From assembly GCA_950097015.1 (NCBI GenBank), contig CATNEN010000038.1:10540001-10604000 (forward strand): a DNA stretch of 64,000 nt. Reading direction: 5' to 3'. The position numbers were made by a program, and so were the translations under genes. Positions 35,537-48,445 of the stretch are shown piece by piece. Within the stretch, counting starts at the first letter, position 1, and each line of letters begins with the position of its first letter. A model generated the notes under the pieces. The model was not told the origin of the DNA, did not search any database, and was given only the letters and a program-made list of their open reading frames with translations. Origin of the DNA: Macrostomum hystrix. Lineage: Eukaryota; Animalia; Platyhelminthes.

Positions 35537-38048
35537 ATGGTTGAGGTATGTCTTTAACAAGTATAGTTGACACTACTGGCTATTTTTATTTGAGTGGTAC
35601 GAATGACTGAAATTAAGGTAATGGCATTCTAATCGTAGCTACTTGCCCTCATGTAATTTATTTTGCCCACCAAATACTCATTTCTCCTTGTAGTGGTCAA
35701 TACATATTGCACTTGCACAATCACAAGTTTTTGTAGTGGCTTAAAGCGAGTGTTTGACACAAAACTATTTTTTTAACATTGAAAACTTTAACTTGTTTAA
35801 TTTACAAGAATAAAAAATAAATACATACAAAGATTGTGAGATGTAGACACTTAATATTTATGCTGCTATGACTGTATACAGCATAAGCTATAACTAGCTA
35901 GCTATTTCCAGTTGATTTAAGTTGAGCTCAGCAAAACATAAAATCCAAATAGCAACATATAGCTAGCTAGCACCCACTTCATCATTCAGAAGTATTGGCA
36001 TACCAATTTTTCAGCTTTTTGGTCTACAACGTATTATAACTGGCTGGTCTAGTAATAATTCTCAGAGCCCTCTAGCTTGGCCTAATAATTAAAGACTTTT
36101 TATTTAATAGGATTTTTTATAAAACTTTTTACAATTTAGAGCACAGCAAAAACTCTTTTTAATTTAAGCAAAAATATAATTTGTAATGTTAAGAATGAAA
36201 TAAATATAAATATCAATATATATAATTATAAATATAACATAAATTATTTGTATATTCTAAGTAGAAGGTAGGCTCATATCCTAGCTATTTCAAACAGCAC
36301 AAGTAAAGATTTGCACTGAATATGAATATCTCCATTGTATTGTTGTGCAGGCCAGTAAATTTACACAAATTAGTTAACAAGCAAGTTGTCATTTTCTGAG
36401 ATTGCTTTTTCAAGTCCTGATGCTAAATTTAAAAAACATGCTAAGATGCTAGATATGGCATTTAATAGCCAGAAGTAATAGATGTTGTTCAAAAGCTTGA
36501 TACATAGCCATACCTTTGAATTAAATTTCAGAGCAAAGCAGACATTCATTTGAGCCGGACTCTTGCATGGCTGCTTCGTCATGGCGCTGTGCAAGAGGGC
36601 CTGCAGTTTATCGATGGCTGTTTTCTAAACGTTGATGACGTGTTGAAGCACCGAAAATTTCGTGACTTCAGGCTTGAAGATATTGAAAGGTTGGCGGCTT
36701 TTTGTTGTCTTAATTACGATTGCTAATTTAACACTATCACAGCTGCACAAGTTTACTTGTATCTTTCCCGGCATGCTAGTAATAATAATAATAATAGTAA
36801 TAGTAATTGCAGGAGGGTAGTAATTGCAGCTGCACGCAATGGCACATCATTTAGTGACACTAGACACGCAGCCAGCGAGAAGGCAATTCTGCCCATTTCG
36901 CTGACTCCTGAGCACACACGCACACGGATACTGTACGCTGGCAAACGCTCAAACAGGTGTGAACATCTGCCCTGACTTTCTCATCGTCAGGCAGTGAAAA
37001 TTTCAAGCCCCCAAGCCTTCTCTCCGCGACTGCGACTTAAATGTGTCCTCGCTGCGGAATCGAGTTCAGGGACCGTGGTGCGAGAGGCAAAAGCATTAGT
37101 CCGCTCTGCCACTCAAACCCTCTGCAGAGTGGTTGCTAATGACAGCAAACGTCGTTACGAGCTGCGCTCATCTCCAATGGATGGTAGGCATCAGATTCGA
37201 GCTGTGCAGGGACACTCAATCCAGGTGGATGGCCTGGATCTCGTGCCAATCACGCTGGACACTATCCACCTGTACCCGGAGGTTGTGCACGGAACCTACA
37301 CTAAGTACTGGTCAAGCATAGCAGCCCAGGGTCTGAAAAGAATGAAACGAACCCATATTCATTTCGCAACTAATGCCGGAACTGACGGCCAGGTAATTTC
37401 CGGTCTGCGCCGCTCGGCTGATGTGGTTATCTATGCGGACCTGGCCAAAGCGCTGGCGGGTGAGCAATCGACAATGCGCGAATGGGGTGGCTAGAGACAA
37501 GGAGAGAATGAGACTGCGGGTGAGATAAAGAGAGAATGAGACTGCGGGTGAGATAAAGAGAGATTTAAAGACTGTGACTGGGATGGTGAGGTTGTAAGTG
37601 ATTGTTATCTGGTAAAGTAGCATTGAGCGGACATCAGTCATAGGTATTTTGAGTCGATTTGAGTTTTGTCTGTTAGATTTCGATATGCTAAACTAACATA
37701 TCCTCCGATACTACCAAGCTGCAGCATATGCGTGGGATAGTCAGGATGGTGTATGACTATTTAAAGTGATTTATAATGCTAAATTACTAGCAGATACGTA
37801 TTATTATCCACTATTATCGCTGCAGACGGTTTCAAATTCTCCGTCTCGCTCAACAATGTCATCCTCTGCGATGGTGACGCCACCGGCACCCTGCCACCAG
37901 CCTACTTCAAGGAGGTCTGGAAGCTGCGGCCCTGTAAGAAATCTATAGGGTCAGATTTGCCTAGTTCAATAGGCACATTCAATAAAACAAAAATAATTCA
38001 ATTTCAGATCGATTGTTGATCTTTGCCAATGGTCGGCCGGTGGAGTGA
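35537..38048 (+). CDS. TRPT1: tRNA 2'-phosphotransferase (Tpt1/KptA family), copy 1, ~215 aa
   Basis: Exons 35537-35545 (MVE, tentative), 36532-36689 (LSRTLAWLLRHGA), 37128-37459 (DSKRRYEL, IRAVQGHS, VVHGT, MKRTHIHF, ISGLR), 37826-37933 (SLNNVILC..G.LPPAYF) and 38008-38048. These are the Tpt1 signature motifs. Confidence 0.92.
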
Positions 38049-39182
38049 AGAAGCGATGAAATCTACACGACCTCATTTGCCAAGCATTCTGTAATCCAGC
38101 TGAACAGCGTGACGTATGGGTAGTTCTCAAAACTTGGGTTAGAGTTTATGAAGCAAAAGTAAAGTGCAAGATTTATTTTAAATACTCTGTTAAGTTTTTC
38201 TGATACTACTGTATATGCCTTAAAAGGCAATTTAAAGCACATAAAAACGTCCTGGGGATTTGTTATGGTGAATTTTGCTCACTCGTTTAAGATACCGGAG
38301 AAGAAGCACAAAACAAGTCAAAACAAGTCAAAACAAGTTAATTCATTTTAGTATTTCTATTTTTTTGTAAACGTACAAGTAGTTTATTAAAATTTTTTTA
38401 TTTACAACCTTTAAAACTTGAGATTTTTTACTGATTTTGTTAAACTAAATAAAAGTACGTTTTTTAACGTTAACTTTTTCCAAGTTAATAAAGTAAAGGC
38501 TAGCTGCTTGATAGAGCATAGTCTGCAAACGGTGTGAAAAATATGATCCAACTTTACAAGTTATTAATTAGTTATGTGCCCGTTAACAGAAGAAAATTAT
38601 AAGGCAAATGAACTTTTCATTGTTTTAAACCTTGAGAGCAACTTAATACGCACTAAACTATTTAGTACCTGTAGGTTTCTTACAGAATCTATTAAGTTAC
38701 TCAACGGTAACATTTTTAATAGTAATTAATCTTCAATGAATTTTCGCGCAATCAATGGCTGCTAGGCAACAATAAAAAAATATATGGTGTATTTTGTCTT
38801 ATTAGATTTTCTAGTAGTGATATTCAGGCCTTTAATGCTCTTTTGTTTATTATTTGGAAAATTTAGTGACTTTTTTGTTTTGATGCATCAACCGAAATTT
38901 TGAGAACTACCTGTATACTGTAACACCAACTCTGTCTTTGAAAAAAGGATCATTCTGTTTACTCGTTACAAGATTGATCTCGCTTGGGTGGTGGCTCGAC
39001 GAGAGGGTGGTGGGTTTGAGGCAGAGCTTAAAGCTCTAGTCTATGGTAATAATCACACGGAAAGAACAAAAAGTTAAAATAATTTTAATGTAAGAATATA
39101 TACCGGCTATCGAAGGTATCAATGGCTGTGACCGAGGAGGCGCAGCGCCTGAGGTCATAGACATTGATACCCGAAATAGCCG

Positions 39183-39297
39183 GTGTGTATTTTCATTGAG
39201 CAACGCTGGGGTTCGCCAGCGGTTCTGTTTGCACCATAGACATTCCACCGGGGTTTAAATGGCGGGAATCCCAGCGTTGCTCAATGAAAATACACAC
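39183..39297. mobile_element. MITE-like inverted repeat (28-bp perfect arms), copy 1
   Basis: GTGTGTATTTTCATTGAGCAACGCTGGG (39183-39210) and its exact reverse complement (39270-39297). CATAGAC motifs recur nearby. Confidence 0.55.
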
Positions 39298-40409
39298 TTA
39301 ACGTTAGAAATACAAGAATCCTGTCGGAATTCCCCATAGACATAGTTTAACGATGTTCATTAAAACCCTTGCTCAGCGTTGTTCAATGCCATCATAACTG
39401 CCAAGCCAAACTGCATGGGTGATCCGTTTTAAAGAACCGTTGCACACATTTATAATAACACCAATTATTATATAAACTAAGTAAGTCTGTTAGTTTTCGG
39501 AAAAACCTAAAGTAAAATTTATACACCCTCATAAATTATACAATAAATAAAGTTAACAGTATTGCAATCTATATTTTTATTACAATGTAACAGAATCTTA
39601 TACCTTTATGACCTTTGAACTTTCACACCTTACACTCCAGGTTAATTATCTCTACAAGCTAAGTAATTTAATTACACTTCAGTACCTGCCCATATCTTAA
39701 ATGGACGAACCTGTTGAAAAGAAGTAAAGGCAAAAAGCAATTATTAATTTACGATCTCTGACACAAGAGTAACTCTCCAGAAGAGTAACTCTTGGGCTCT
39801 GGGGTACTTCGGCTTGCGAGCCCGGATTCGCTTATTTGGCCACAGAGTTTGAGTCGAGAGAGTTTGAGCTCTGCCGGCCGGGAGGGGGAATCGGTTCGGT
39901 TTAAGACGTGTGGGATAACAGAGGGGCCGTTAATCCCACCGGGTTGGGATGCGGGCGAGGCCAATAGAAGCGGTGGAAGCGGTGTTGTTGAGATCGATCT
40001 GATCTGCCCCCGGCCACTGAGGGAGAGACGCCGCGGACAAACTGAACGGCAATAAACTGCGTTGTGGAACTGAAGATCCTTTAATCTTGTCCCCCCGCAA
40101 ACCTTTGGAGCCAAAATGAGCTGCTCGGATGCTCAACCCCAGTCTGTAGCCCATGCTCACAGCTTGCAGACCTTCAGCAGTGTGTCAGAGGGGCGAGACA
40201 TACTCGCTGTATCGGCTGGAAAACATCCGGCTCTCCGTCTCTACCGCATTGATCCAATGCTGCAATTTTTCACCGTTTAGCTGATCTACAAAGTATAAAG
40301 GGCAACTCAGGATTAGAATACAATGAGAGCTGACTGCTTACTTTTATTTAGTTCCCCAGGACAATTTTAATGACAAAAACTAAGGTGAATTCAATGCAAA
40401 CTATAATCA

Positions 40410-41600
40410 CAAACCTCCGAATCTTCAGGACAAACGCTGGACACTAAGCTCCGTATCTTCAGGACAAACGCTAGACACTAAGCACTAAGCTCCGTATCTT
40501 CAGGACAAACGCTGGACACTAAGCACTAAGCTCCGTATCTTCAGGACAAACGCTGGACACTAAGCTCCGTATCTTCAGGACAAACGCTAGACACTAAGCA
40601 CTAAGCTCCGTATCTTCAGGACAAACGCTGGACACTAAGCACTAAGCTCCGTATCTTCAGGACAAACGCTGGACTCTAAGCACTAAGCTCCGTATCTTCA
40701 GGACAAACGCTGGACACTAAGCTCCGTATCTTCAGGACAAACGCTGGACACTAAGCTCCGTATCTTCAGGACAAACGCTGGACACTAAGCTCCGAATCTT
40801 CAGGACAAACGCTAGACACTAAGCACTAAGCTCCGTATCTTCAGGACAAACGCTGGAAACTAAGCTCCGTATCTTCAGGACAAACGCTGGACACTAAGCT
40901 CCGTATCTTCAGGACAAACGCTGGACACTAAGCTCCGTATCTTCAGGACAAACGCTGGACACTAAGCTCCGTATCTTCAGGACAAACGCTGGACACTAAG
41001 CTCCGTATCTTCAGGACAAACGCTGGACACTAAGCTCCGTATCTTCAGGACAAACGCTGGACACTAAGCTCCGTATCTTCAGGACAAACGCTGGACACTA
41101 AGCTCCGTATCTTCAGGACAAACGCTGGACACTAAGCTCCGTATCTTCAGGACAAACGCTGGACACTAAGCTCCGAATCTTCAGGACAAACGCTGGACAC
41201 TAAGCACTAAGCTCCGTATCTTCAGGACAAACGCTGGACACTAAGCTCCGTATCTTCAGGACAAACGCTGGAAACTAAGCTCCGAATCTTCAGGACAAAC
41301 GCTGGACACTAAGCTCCGTATCTTCAGGACAAACGCTGGACACTAAGCTCCGAATCTTCAGGACAAACGCTGGACACTAAGCACTAAGCTCCGTATCTTC
41401 AGGACAAACGCTAGACACTAAGCACTAAGCTCCGTATCTTCAGGACAAACGCTAGACACTAAGCACTAAGCTCCGTATCTTCAGGACAAACGCTAGACAC
41501 TAAGCTCTAAGCTCCGTATCTTCAGGACAAACGCTAGACACTAAGCTCCGTATCTTCAGGACAAACGCTAGACACTAAGCACTAAGCTCCGATCTTCAGG
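40410..41600. repeat. 34-bp minisatellite, duplicated copy
   Basis: Same length and variant order as 31262-32452. Confidence 0.95.
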
Positions 41601-41803
41601 AAAATTCGCTCAAGCAAGAAAATAAAAAAAGACAAAATTGCTTATCTGCTCGTTGCATAAGAATTAATGAGACATCTGTCCGAATGCTGATATGGGAGTC
41701 ACTTGGCCCTTCGGGAAAGGTCGGTGAGCATAAAAGGGATTCAAAGGAAATAATAAATTCCATGACAGTCAGAGACACCCAAGCACCGAAATAGAAGCTA
41801 AAC

Positions 41804-44154
41804 ATGGCTGCAATTCATCAGCTGCAGCAGCAACACGAGCAGGACTCAGCTGCGGCTGCAGCACTGAGCAGAGGCAACAGCGGATCTTCACTGACGTCAA
41901 CGACCGTTTCCAGACTGCTGCTGGACTGCCTGGTCAAGAGCTCTGTGCGCGGCCTGCCGAGAATCTTCAGCAGCGGTTCGCGCCAGCTGCGGCTTCTCTG
42001 GTCGTGCAGCGTGCTGGCCTTCTTCTGCCTGCTGGTGTTCAACATCTACCGCGTCGCCGTAGTCTACCGGCGCGGCGACGTTGTCATCGCACTGAAGCCC
42101 TGGCTGCCAAGGCCGCCCTTTCCCAGCCTGACAGTCTGCGACTCCAGGTAAACTGAGATCTAAGATTCTAAGGGGACCTGATATTTGAGTAGTTCGCATC
42201 CCAAGAGGAGTCGAGTTGAATAAGTTGATGGCGTCAAATTCTCAGAAAATTCGACAGCACACAATCATGAGTGCCGGGGTGTGTTTGCGATGGTCCCTTC
42301 AAAGAGCATTTCGAAGAGGATTTGAGAGGCTGTGAGAAATTCTCATTCCCTCAGGAGGCATCGGGTTGAGTAAATAGATAGTTGAATGAAAATGCGACGT
42401 CACATAACACCATGTGTACTCGTGTGCGTTTAAGATCTAGACTACTTATTAAAAGTAGTATGTTTATCAAGATGCTCTGGCGTCTCATTTAACTCTCCGC
42501 GGTCGCAGTCCCATGCCATTCACAGGTATGCGCCGGTTGCCAATGACGCCAAGAGACTACACGCGACGCATTAACTCGCTGTCAGCGGCCTCCTCTACAC
42601 CACTCGCGCCGCATCTGCTCAAGGAGCTGCTCACACCGGCCGCTTATCACGACCACCTGCCGCAGCGTCAACTGCTGGCCGAGGCAGCCGATAGCGAGCT
42701 GGTGCTGTTAGAGAGCTGCCAGGTTGAGCTGACAGACCCTCATCACCGCGGCCGGCTGCGAAGCGAGCCCTGCCACTTGGCGACCAGGGCCAGCGTACCG
42801 GGCTACGTGGCCTGCACCACCATCAGCGCTCCGGATGAGAACAGTGAGCACGCTTGCCGACTGACGCTCCACCTACTGCTGGACTCCGAGACGGATCCGC
42901 TGCGCTGCGGCAAGTGCATCGCCGACCATGTCGAATCGTTAAAAACAGGTGCCATTGCCTACCTGCACGAGGCCGGCTCGCATCCCATTGACATCAGCGA
43001 TGGTGTGCGACTATCACCGGGGACACAGAGCTTCATCCACGTCAAGGCGGCGAAATCTGAGCGTCAGCGGTGCTCTAACAATGCCCCAAAGACTCTGACG
43101 CTGAGACCGACGCAGCTTCTTCCAGCCATTTCGACAGCATATTCCGAGCAGCTCTGCCACGCCCTGAACAGGCAGGTGATGCGCAAGATCGCCTGCGGCT
43201 GCGTCATGCCTCGCGAGCCAATGCCTGACGATCTCGACGGCGATCTGTTGCCGCCCTGTCGGTTGCAGGACTTAAATGCCACCGCCCTGAACTTGACGCA
43301 GATGTCGTGCGCAACTGACTTGTGGGAAGCGTCCAAGGACGTTGAAGGCGACAGTGGATCGGGAGACGATGCTGAATATGCTGATGGCACCTCGGCAGCA
43401 TCTGATAGCATCTGCCCCAGACCGTGCAGTCAAGTAAGTTTGAAGCAGTGCTTTTCTGAAGATCTTTTGAGCTTTTGCAATACAGCTTGAATTCCTCACC
43501 ATTCCCAGGTGATTTTCACGGTGGCTCGCAGCGAAGCACGCGGAATCGATGCCAACTCAGCTCTGGACATTTTCGAACGCTACGTCTACAACACCAGCGC
43601 GTTTTTTCGACTTCGCGATCGCCTATGGCAGTACGAAACAGCTCTGCTGTTGCGCCAGGCCGGTAAGGACGATGCGGCGCGCGAAGTACTGGCCAACAGC
43701 ACCTATTTGCAGGTAAATTTCTATAATGATTTAACTAATTAATTAAGGATCGATAATGATCTATTTGCTGTGGCTCTCATAAAAATACCAATTTGACTAA
43801 AAATACCAAGGTGAGATGTAGTTTTGATATTTTCTTTCATTTAACCTACAACAGGACAATCTAATTACCATGGCGCTGCAGTTCAACTCGCGTCAGGCCA
43901 AGAGAGTGGCTGAGAACTATATCCTGGGCCTCGCTGCATTCGTCAGCCAAATTGGCGGTCTGTTGTCTTTGTTTAGCGGCATAACCGTCATTTGCCTCAC
44001 AGAAATTGCTGAGCTAGCTTGGCTGATTTTAAAATACACCTTATCTAAAAGTGAGCGCGAAGGAAGCAAAAATAGGAATAGAGCAACGGGAAGCAGTGAG
44101 GAGCTGAACACGATTGAGAGGCAGATGCGGCAAGCTGAAACTGTACATGTTTAA
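41804..44154 (+). CDS. DEG/ENaC sodium channel subunit, copy 2
   Basis: Exons 41804-42147, 42509-43433, 43509-43712, 43855-44154; identical translation to copy 1. Confidence 0.9.
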
Positions 44155-44684
44155 CATAAATATTCTTCTGAAAACTGATCATACTAATTTGTAGTCGAGT
44201 ACATTTGCTAAATACTATGATATTATTCGCGAGGAAATGGCGAGACACTTATGGCATTATATTGGTCTTTTGTACAAGAGCGTAAGTTTCAGAATTTTTT
44301 AAATAATGGCTTAAAAATGCAAGCGCAGTTTAAAATAAAAATTATCGCGTCGTCGATTATAACTCGTCGATAATATTTAAAACATTTTAGATAAACTTTG
44401 TTGAATAAAAAAAATTTATATAGTTCCATTATACTACACAATACTCCTCACGCTTTTTTAACTTTTTTTAACTTGTCACATTTTTGCGCGAATATTCGAT
44501 TTGTAACGTTTCAAGGAATTTCACAAGAATATTGTATGTACAATACTATAATTGGTGCAACTGTTACTCACCTGATTTGCTGATTCGTCGGCTGTTGTAT
44601 AGACAGGTTTTATAATAAACCTGTCTATAATAAGACATATAAAGCATATAATAAGCATCACATCTACTTGATCAACTGTAACAG

Positions 44685-47196
44685 ATGGTTGAGGTATGTC
44701 TTTAACAAGTATAGTTGACACTACTGGCTATTTTTATTTGAGTGGTACGAATGACTGAAATTAAGGTAATGGCATTCTAATCGTAGCTACTTGCCCTCAT
44801 GTAATTTATTTTGCCCACCAAATACTCATTTCTCCTTGTAGTGGTCAATACATATTGCACTTGCACAATCACAAGTTTTTGTAGTGGCTTAAAGCGAGTG
44901 TTTGACACAAAACTATTTTTTTAACATTGAAAACTTTAACTTGTTTAATTTACAAGAATAAAAAATAAATACATACAAAGATTGTGAGATGTAGACACTT
45001 AATATTTATGCTGCTATGACTGTATACAGCATAAGCTATAACTAGCTAGCTATTTCCAGTTGATTTAAGTTGAGCTCAGCAAAACATAAAATCCAAATAG
45101 CAACATATAGCTAGCTAGCACCCACTTCATCATTCAGAAGTATTGGCATACCAATTTTTCAGCTTTTTGGTCTACAACGTATTATAACTGGCTGGTCTAG
45201 TAATAATTCTCAGAGCCCTCTAGCTTGGCCTAATAATTAAAGACTTTTTATTTAATAGGATTTTTTATAAAACTTTTTACAATTTAGAGCACAGCAAAAA
45301 CTCTTTTTAATTTAAGCAAAAATATAATTTGTAATGTTAAGAATGAAATAAATATAAATATCAATATATATAATTATAAATATAACATAAATTATTTGTA
45401 TATTCTAAGTAGAAGGTAGGCTCATATCCTAGCTATTTCAAACAGCACAAGTAAAGATTTGCACTGAATATGAATATCTCCATTGTATTGTTGTGCAGGC
45501 CAGTAAATTTACACAAATTAGTTAACAAGCAAGTTGTCATTTTCTGAGATTGCTTTTTCAAGTCCTGATGCTAAATTTAAAAAACATGCTAAGATGCTAG
45601 ATATGGCATTTAATAGCCAGAAGTAATAGATGTTGTTCAAAAGCTTGATACATAGCCATACCTTTGAATTAAATTTCAGAGCAAAGCAGACATTCATTTG
45701 AGCCGGACTCTTGCATGGCTGCTTCGTCATGGCGCTGTGCAAGAGGGCCTGCAGTTTATCGATGGCTGTTTTCTAAACGTTGATGACGTGTTGAAGCACC
45801 GAAAATTTCGTGACTTCAGGCTTGAAGATATTGAAAGGTTGGCGGCTTTTTGTTGTCTTAATTACGATTGCTAATTTAACACTATCACAGCTGCACAAGT
45901 TTACTTGTATCTTTCCCGGCATGCTAGTAATAATAATAATAATAGTAATAGTAATTGCAGGAGGGTAGTAATTGCAGCTGCACGCAATGGCACATCATTT
46001 AGTGACACTAGACACGCAGCCAGCGAGAAGGCAATTCTGCCCATTTCGCTGACTCCTGAGCACACACGCACACGGATACTGTACGCTGGCAAACGCTCAA
46101 ACAGGTGTGAACATCTGCCCTGACTTTCTCATCGTCAGGCAGTGAAAATTTCAAGCCCCCAAGCCTTCTCTCCGCGACTGCGACTTAAATGTGTCCTCGC
46201 TGCGGAATCGAGTTCAGGGACCGTGGTGCGAGAGGCAAAAGCATTAGTCCGCTCTGCCACTCAAACCCTCTGCAGAGTGGTTGCTAATGACAGCAAACGT
46301 CGTTACGAGCTGCGCTCATCTCCAATGGATGGTAGGCATCAGATTCGAGCTGTGCAGGGACACTCAATCCAGGTGGATGGCCTGGATCTCGTGCCAATCA
46401 CGCTGGACACTATCCACCTGTACCCGGAGGTTGTGCACGGAACCTACACTAAGTACTGGTCAAGCATAGCAGCCCAGGGTCTGAAAAGAATGAAACGAAC
46501 CCATATTCATTTCGCAACTAATGCCGGAACTGACGGCCAGGTAATTTCCGGTCTGCGCCGCTCGGCTGATGTGGTTATCTATGCGGACCTGGCCAAAGCG
46601 CTGGCGGGTGAGCAATCGACAATGCGCGAATGGGGTGGCTAGAGACAAGGAGAGAATGAGACTGCGGGTGAGATAAAGAGAGAATGAGACTGCGGGTGAG
46701 ATAAAGAGAGATTTAAAGACTGTGACTGGGATGGTGAGGTTGTAAGTGATTGTTATCTGGTAAAGTAGCATTGAGCGGACATCAGTCATAGGTATTTTGA
46801 GTCGATTTGAGTTTTGTCTGTTAGATTTCGATATGCTAAACTAACATATCCTCCGATACTACCAAGCTGCAGCATATGCGTGGGATAGTCAGGATGGTGT
46901 ATGACTATTTAAAGTGATTTATAATGCTAAATTACTAGCAGATACGTATTATTATCCACTATTATCGCTGCAGACGGTTTCAAATTCTCCGTCTCGCTCA
47001 ACAATGTCATCCTCTGCGATGGTGACGCCACCGGCACCCTGCCACCAGCCTACTTCAAGGAGGTCTGGAAGCTGCGGCCCTGTAAGAAATCTATAGGGTC
47101 AGATTTGCCTAGTTCAATAGGCACATTCAATAAAACAAAAATAATTCAATTTCAGATCGATTGTTGATCTTTGCCAATGGTCGGCCGGTGGAGTGA
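44685..47196 (+). CDS. TRPT1: tRNA 2'-phosphotransferase (Tpt1/KptA family), copy 2
   Basis: Exons 44685-44693 (tentative), 45680-45837, 46276-46607, 46974-47081, 47156-47196; identical to copy 1. Confidence 0.92.
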
Positions 47197-48330
47197 AGAA
47201 GCGATGAAATCTACACGACCTCATTTGCCAAGCATTCTGTAATCCAGCTGAACAGCGTGACGTATGGGTAGTTCTCAAAACTTGGGTTAGAGTTTATGAA
47301 GCAAAAGTAAAGTGCAAGATTTATTTTAAATACTCTGTTAAGTTTTTCTGATACTACTGTATATGCCTTAAAAGGCAATTTAAAGCACATAAAAACGTCC
47401 TGGGGATTTGTTATGGTGAATTTTGCTCACTCGTTTAAGATACCGGAGAAGAAGCACAAAACAAGTCAAAACAAGTCAAAACAAGTTAATTCATTTTAGT
47501 ATTTCTATTTTTTTGTAAACGTACAAGTAGTTTATTAAAATTTTTTTATTTACAACCTTTAAAACTTGAGATTTTTTACTGATTTTGTTAAACTAAATAA
47601 AAGTACGTTTTTTAACGTTAACTTTTTCCAAGTTAATAAAGTAAAGGCTAGCTGCTTGATAGAGCATAGTCTGCAAACGGTGTGAAAAATATGATCCAAC
47701 TTTACAAGTTATTAATTAGTTATGTGCCCGTTAACAGAAGAAAATTATAAGGCAAATGAACTTTTCATTGTTTTAAACCTTGAGAGCAACTTAATACGCA
47801 CTAAACTATTTAGTACCTGTAGGTTTCTTACAGAATCTATTAAGTTACTCAACGGTAACATTTTTAATAGTAATTAATCTTCAATGAATTTTCGCGCAAT
47901 CAATGGCTGCTAGGCAACAATAAAAAAATATATGGTGTATTTTGTCTTATTAGATTTTCTAGTAGTGATATTCAGGCCTTTAATGCTCTTTTGTTTATTA
48001 TTTGGAAAATTTAGTGACTTTTTTGTTTTGATGCATCAACCGAAATTTTGAGAACTACCTGTATACTGTAACACCAACTCTGTCTTTGAAAAAAGGATCA
48101 TTCTGTTTACTCGTTACAAGATTGATCTCGCTTGGGTGGTGGCTCGACGAGAGGGTGGTGGGTTTGAGGCAGAGCTTAAAGCTCTAGTCTATGGTAATAA
48201 TCACACGGAAAGAACAAAAAGTTAAAATAATTTTAATGTAAGAATATATACCGGCTATCGAAGGTATCAATGGCTGTGACCGAGGAGGCGCAGCGCCTGA
48301 GGTCATAGACATTGATACCCGAAATAGCCG

Positions 48331-48445
48331 GTGTGTATTTTCATTGAGCAACGCTGGGGTTCGCCAGCGGTTCTGTTTGCACCATAGACATTCCACCGGG
48401 GTTTAAATGGCGGGAATCCCAGCGTTGCTCAATGAAAATACACAC
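48331..48445. mobile_element. MITE-like inverted repeat, copy 2
   Basis: Duplicate of 39183-39297. Confidence 0.55.

Larger units (their letters stand above)
30642..39782. repeat. Segmental duplication, copy 1 (9,141 bp)
   Basis: Every ORF recurs with identical translation exactly 9148 bp downstream (e.g. 32656/41804, 33365/42513, 36994/46142). Boundaries read from the sequence. Confidence 0.97.
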
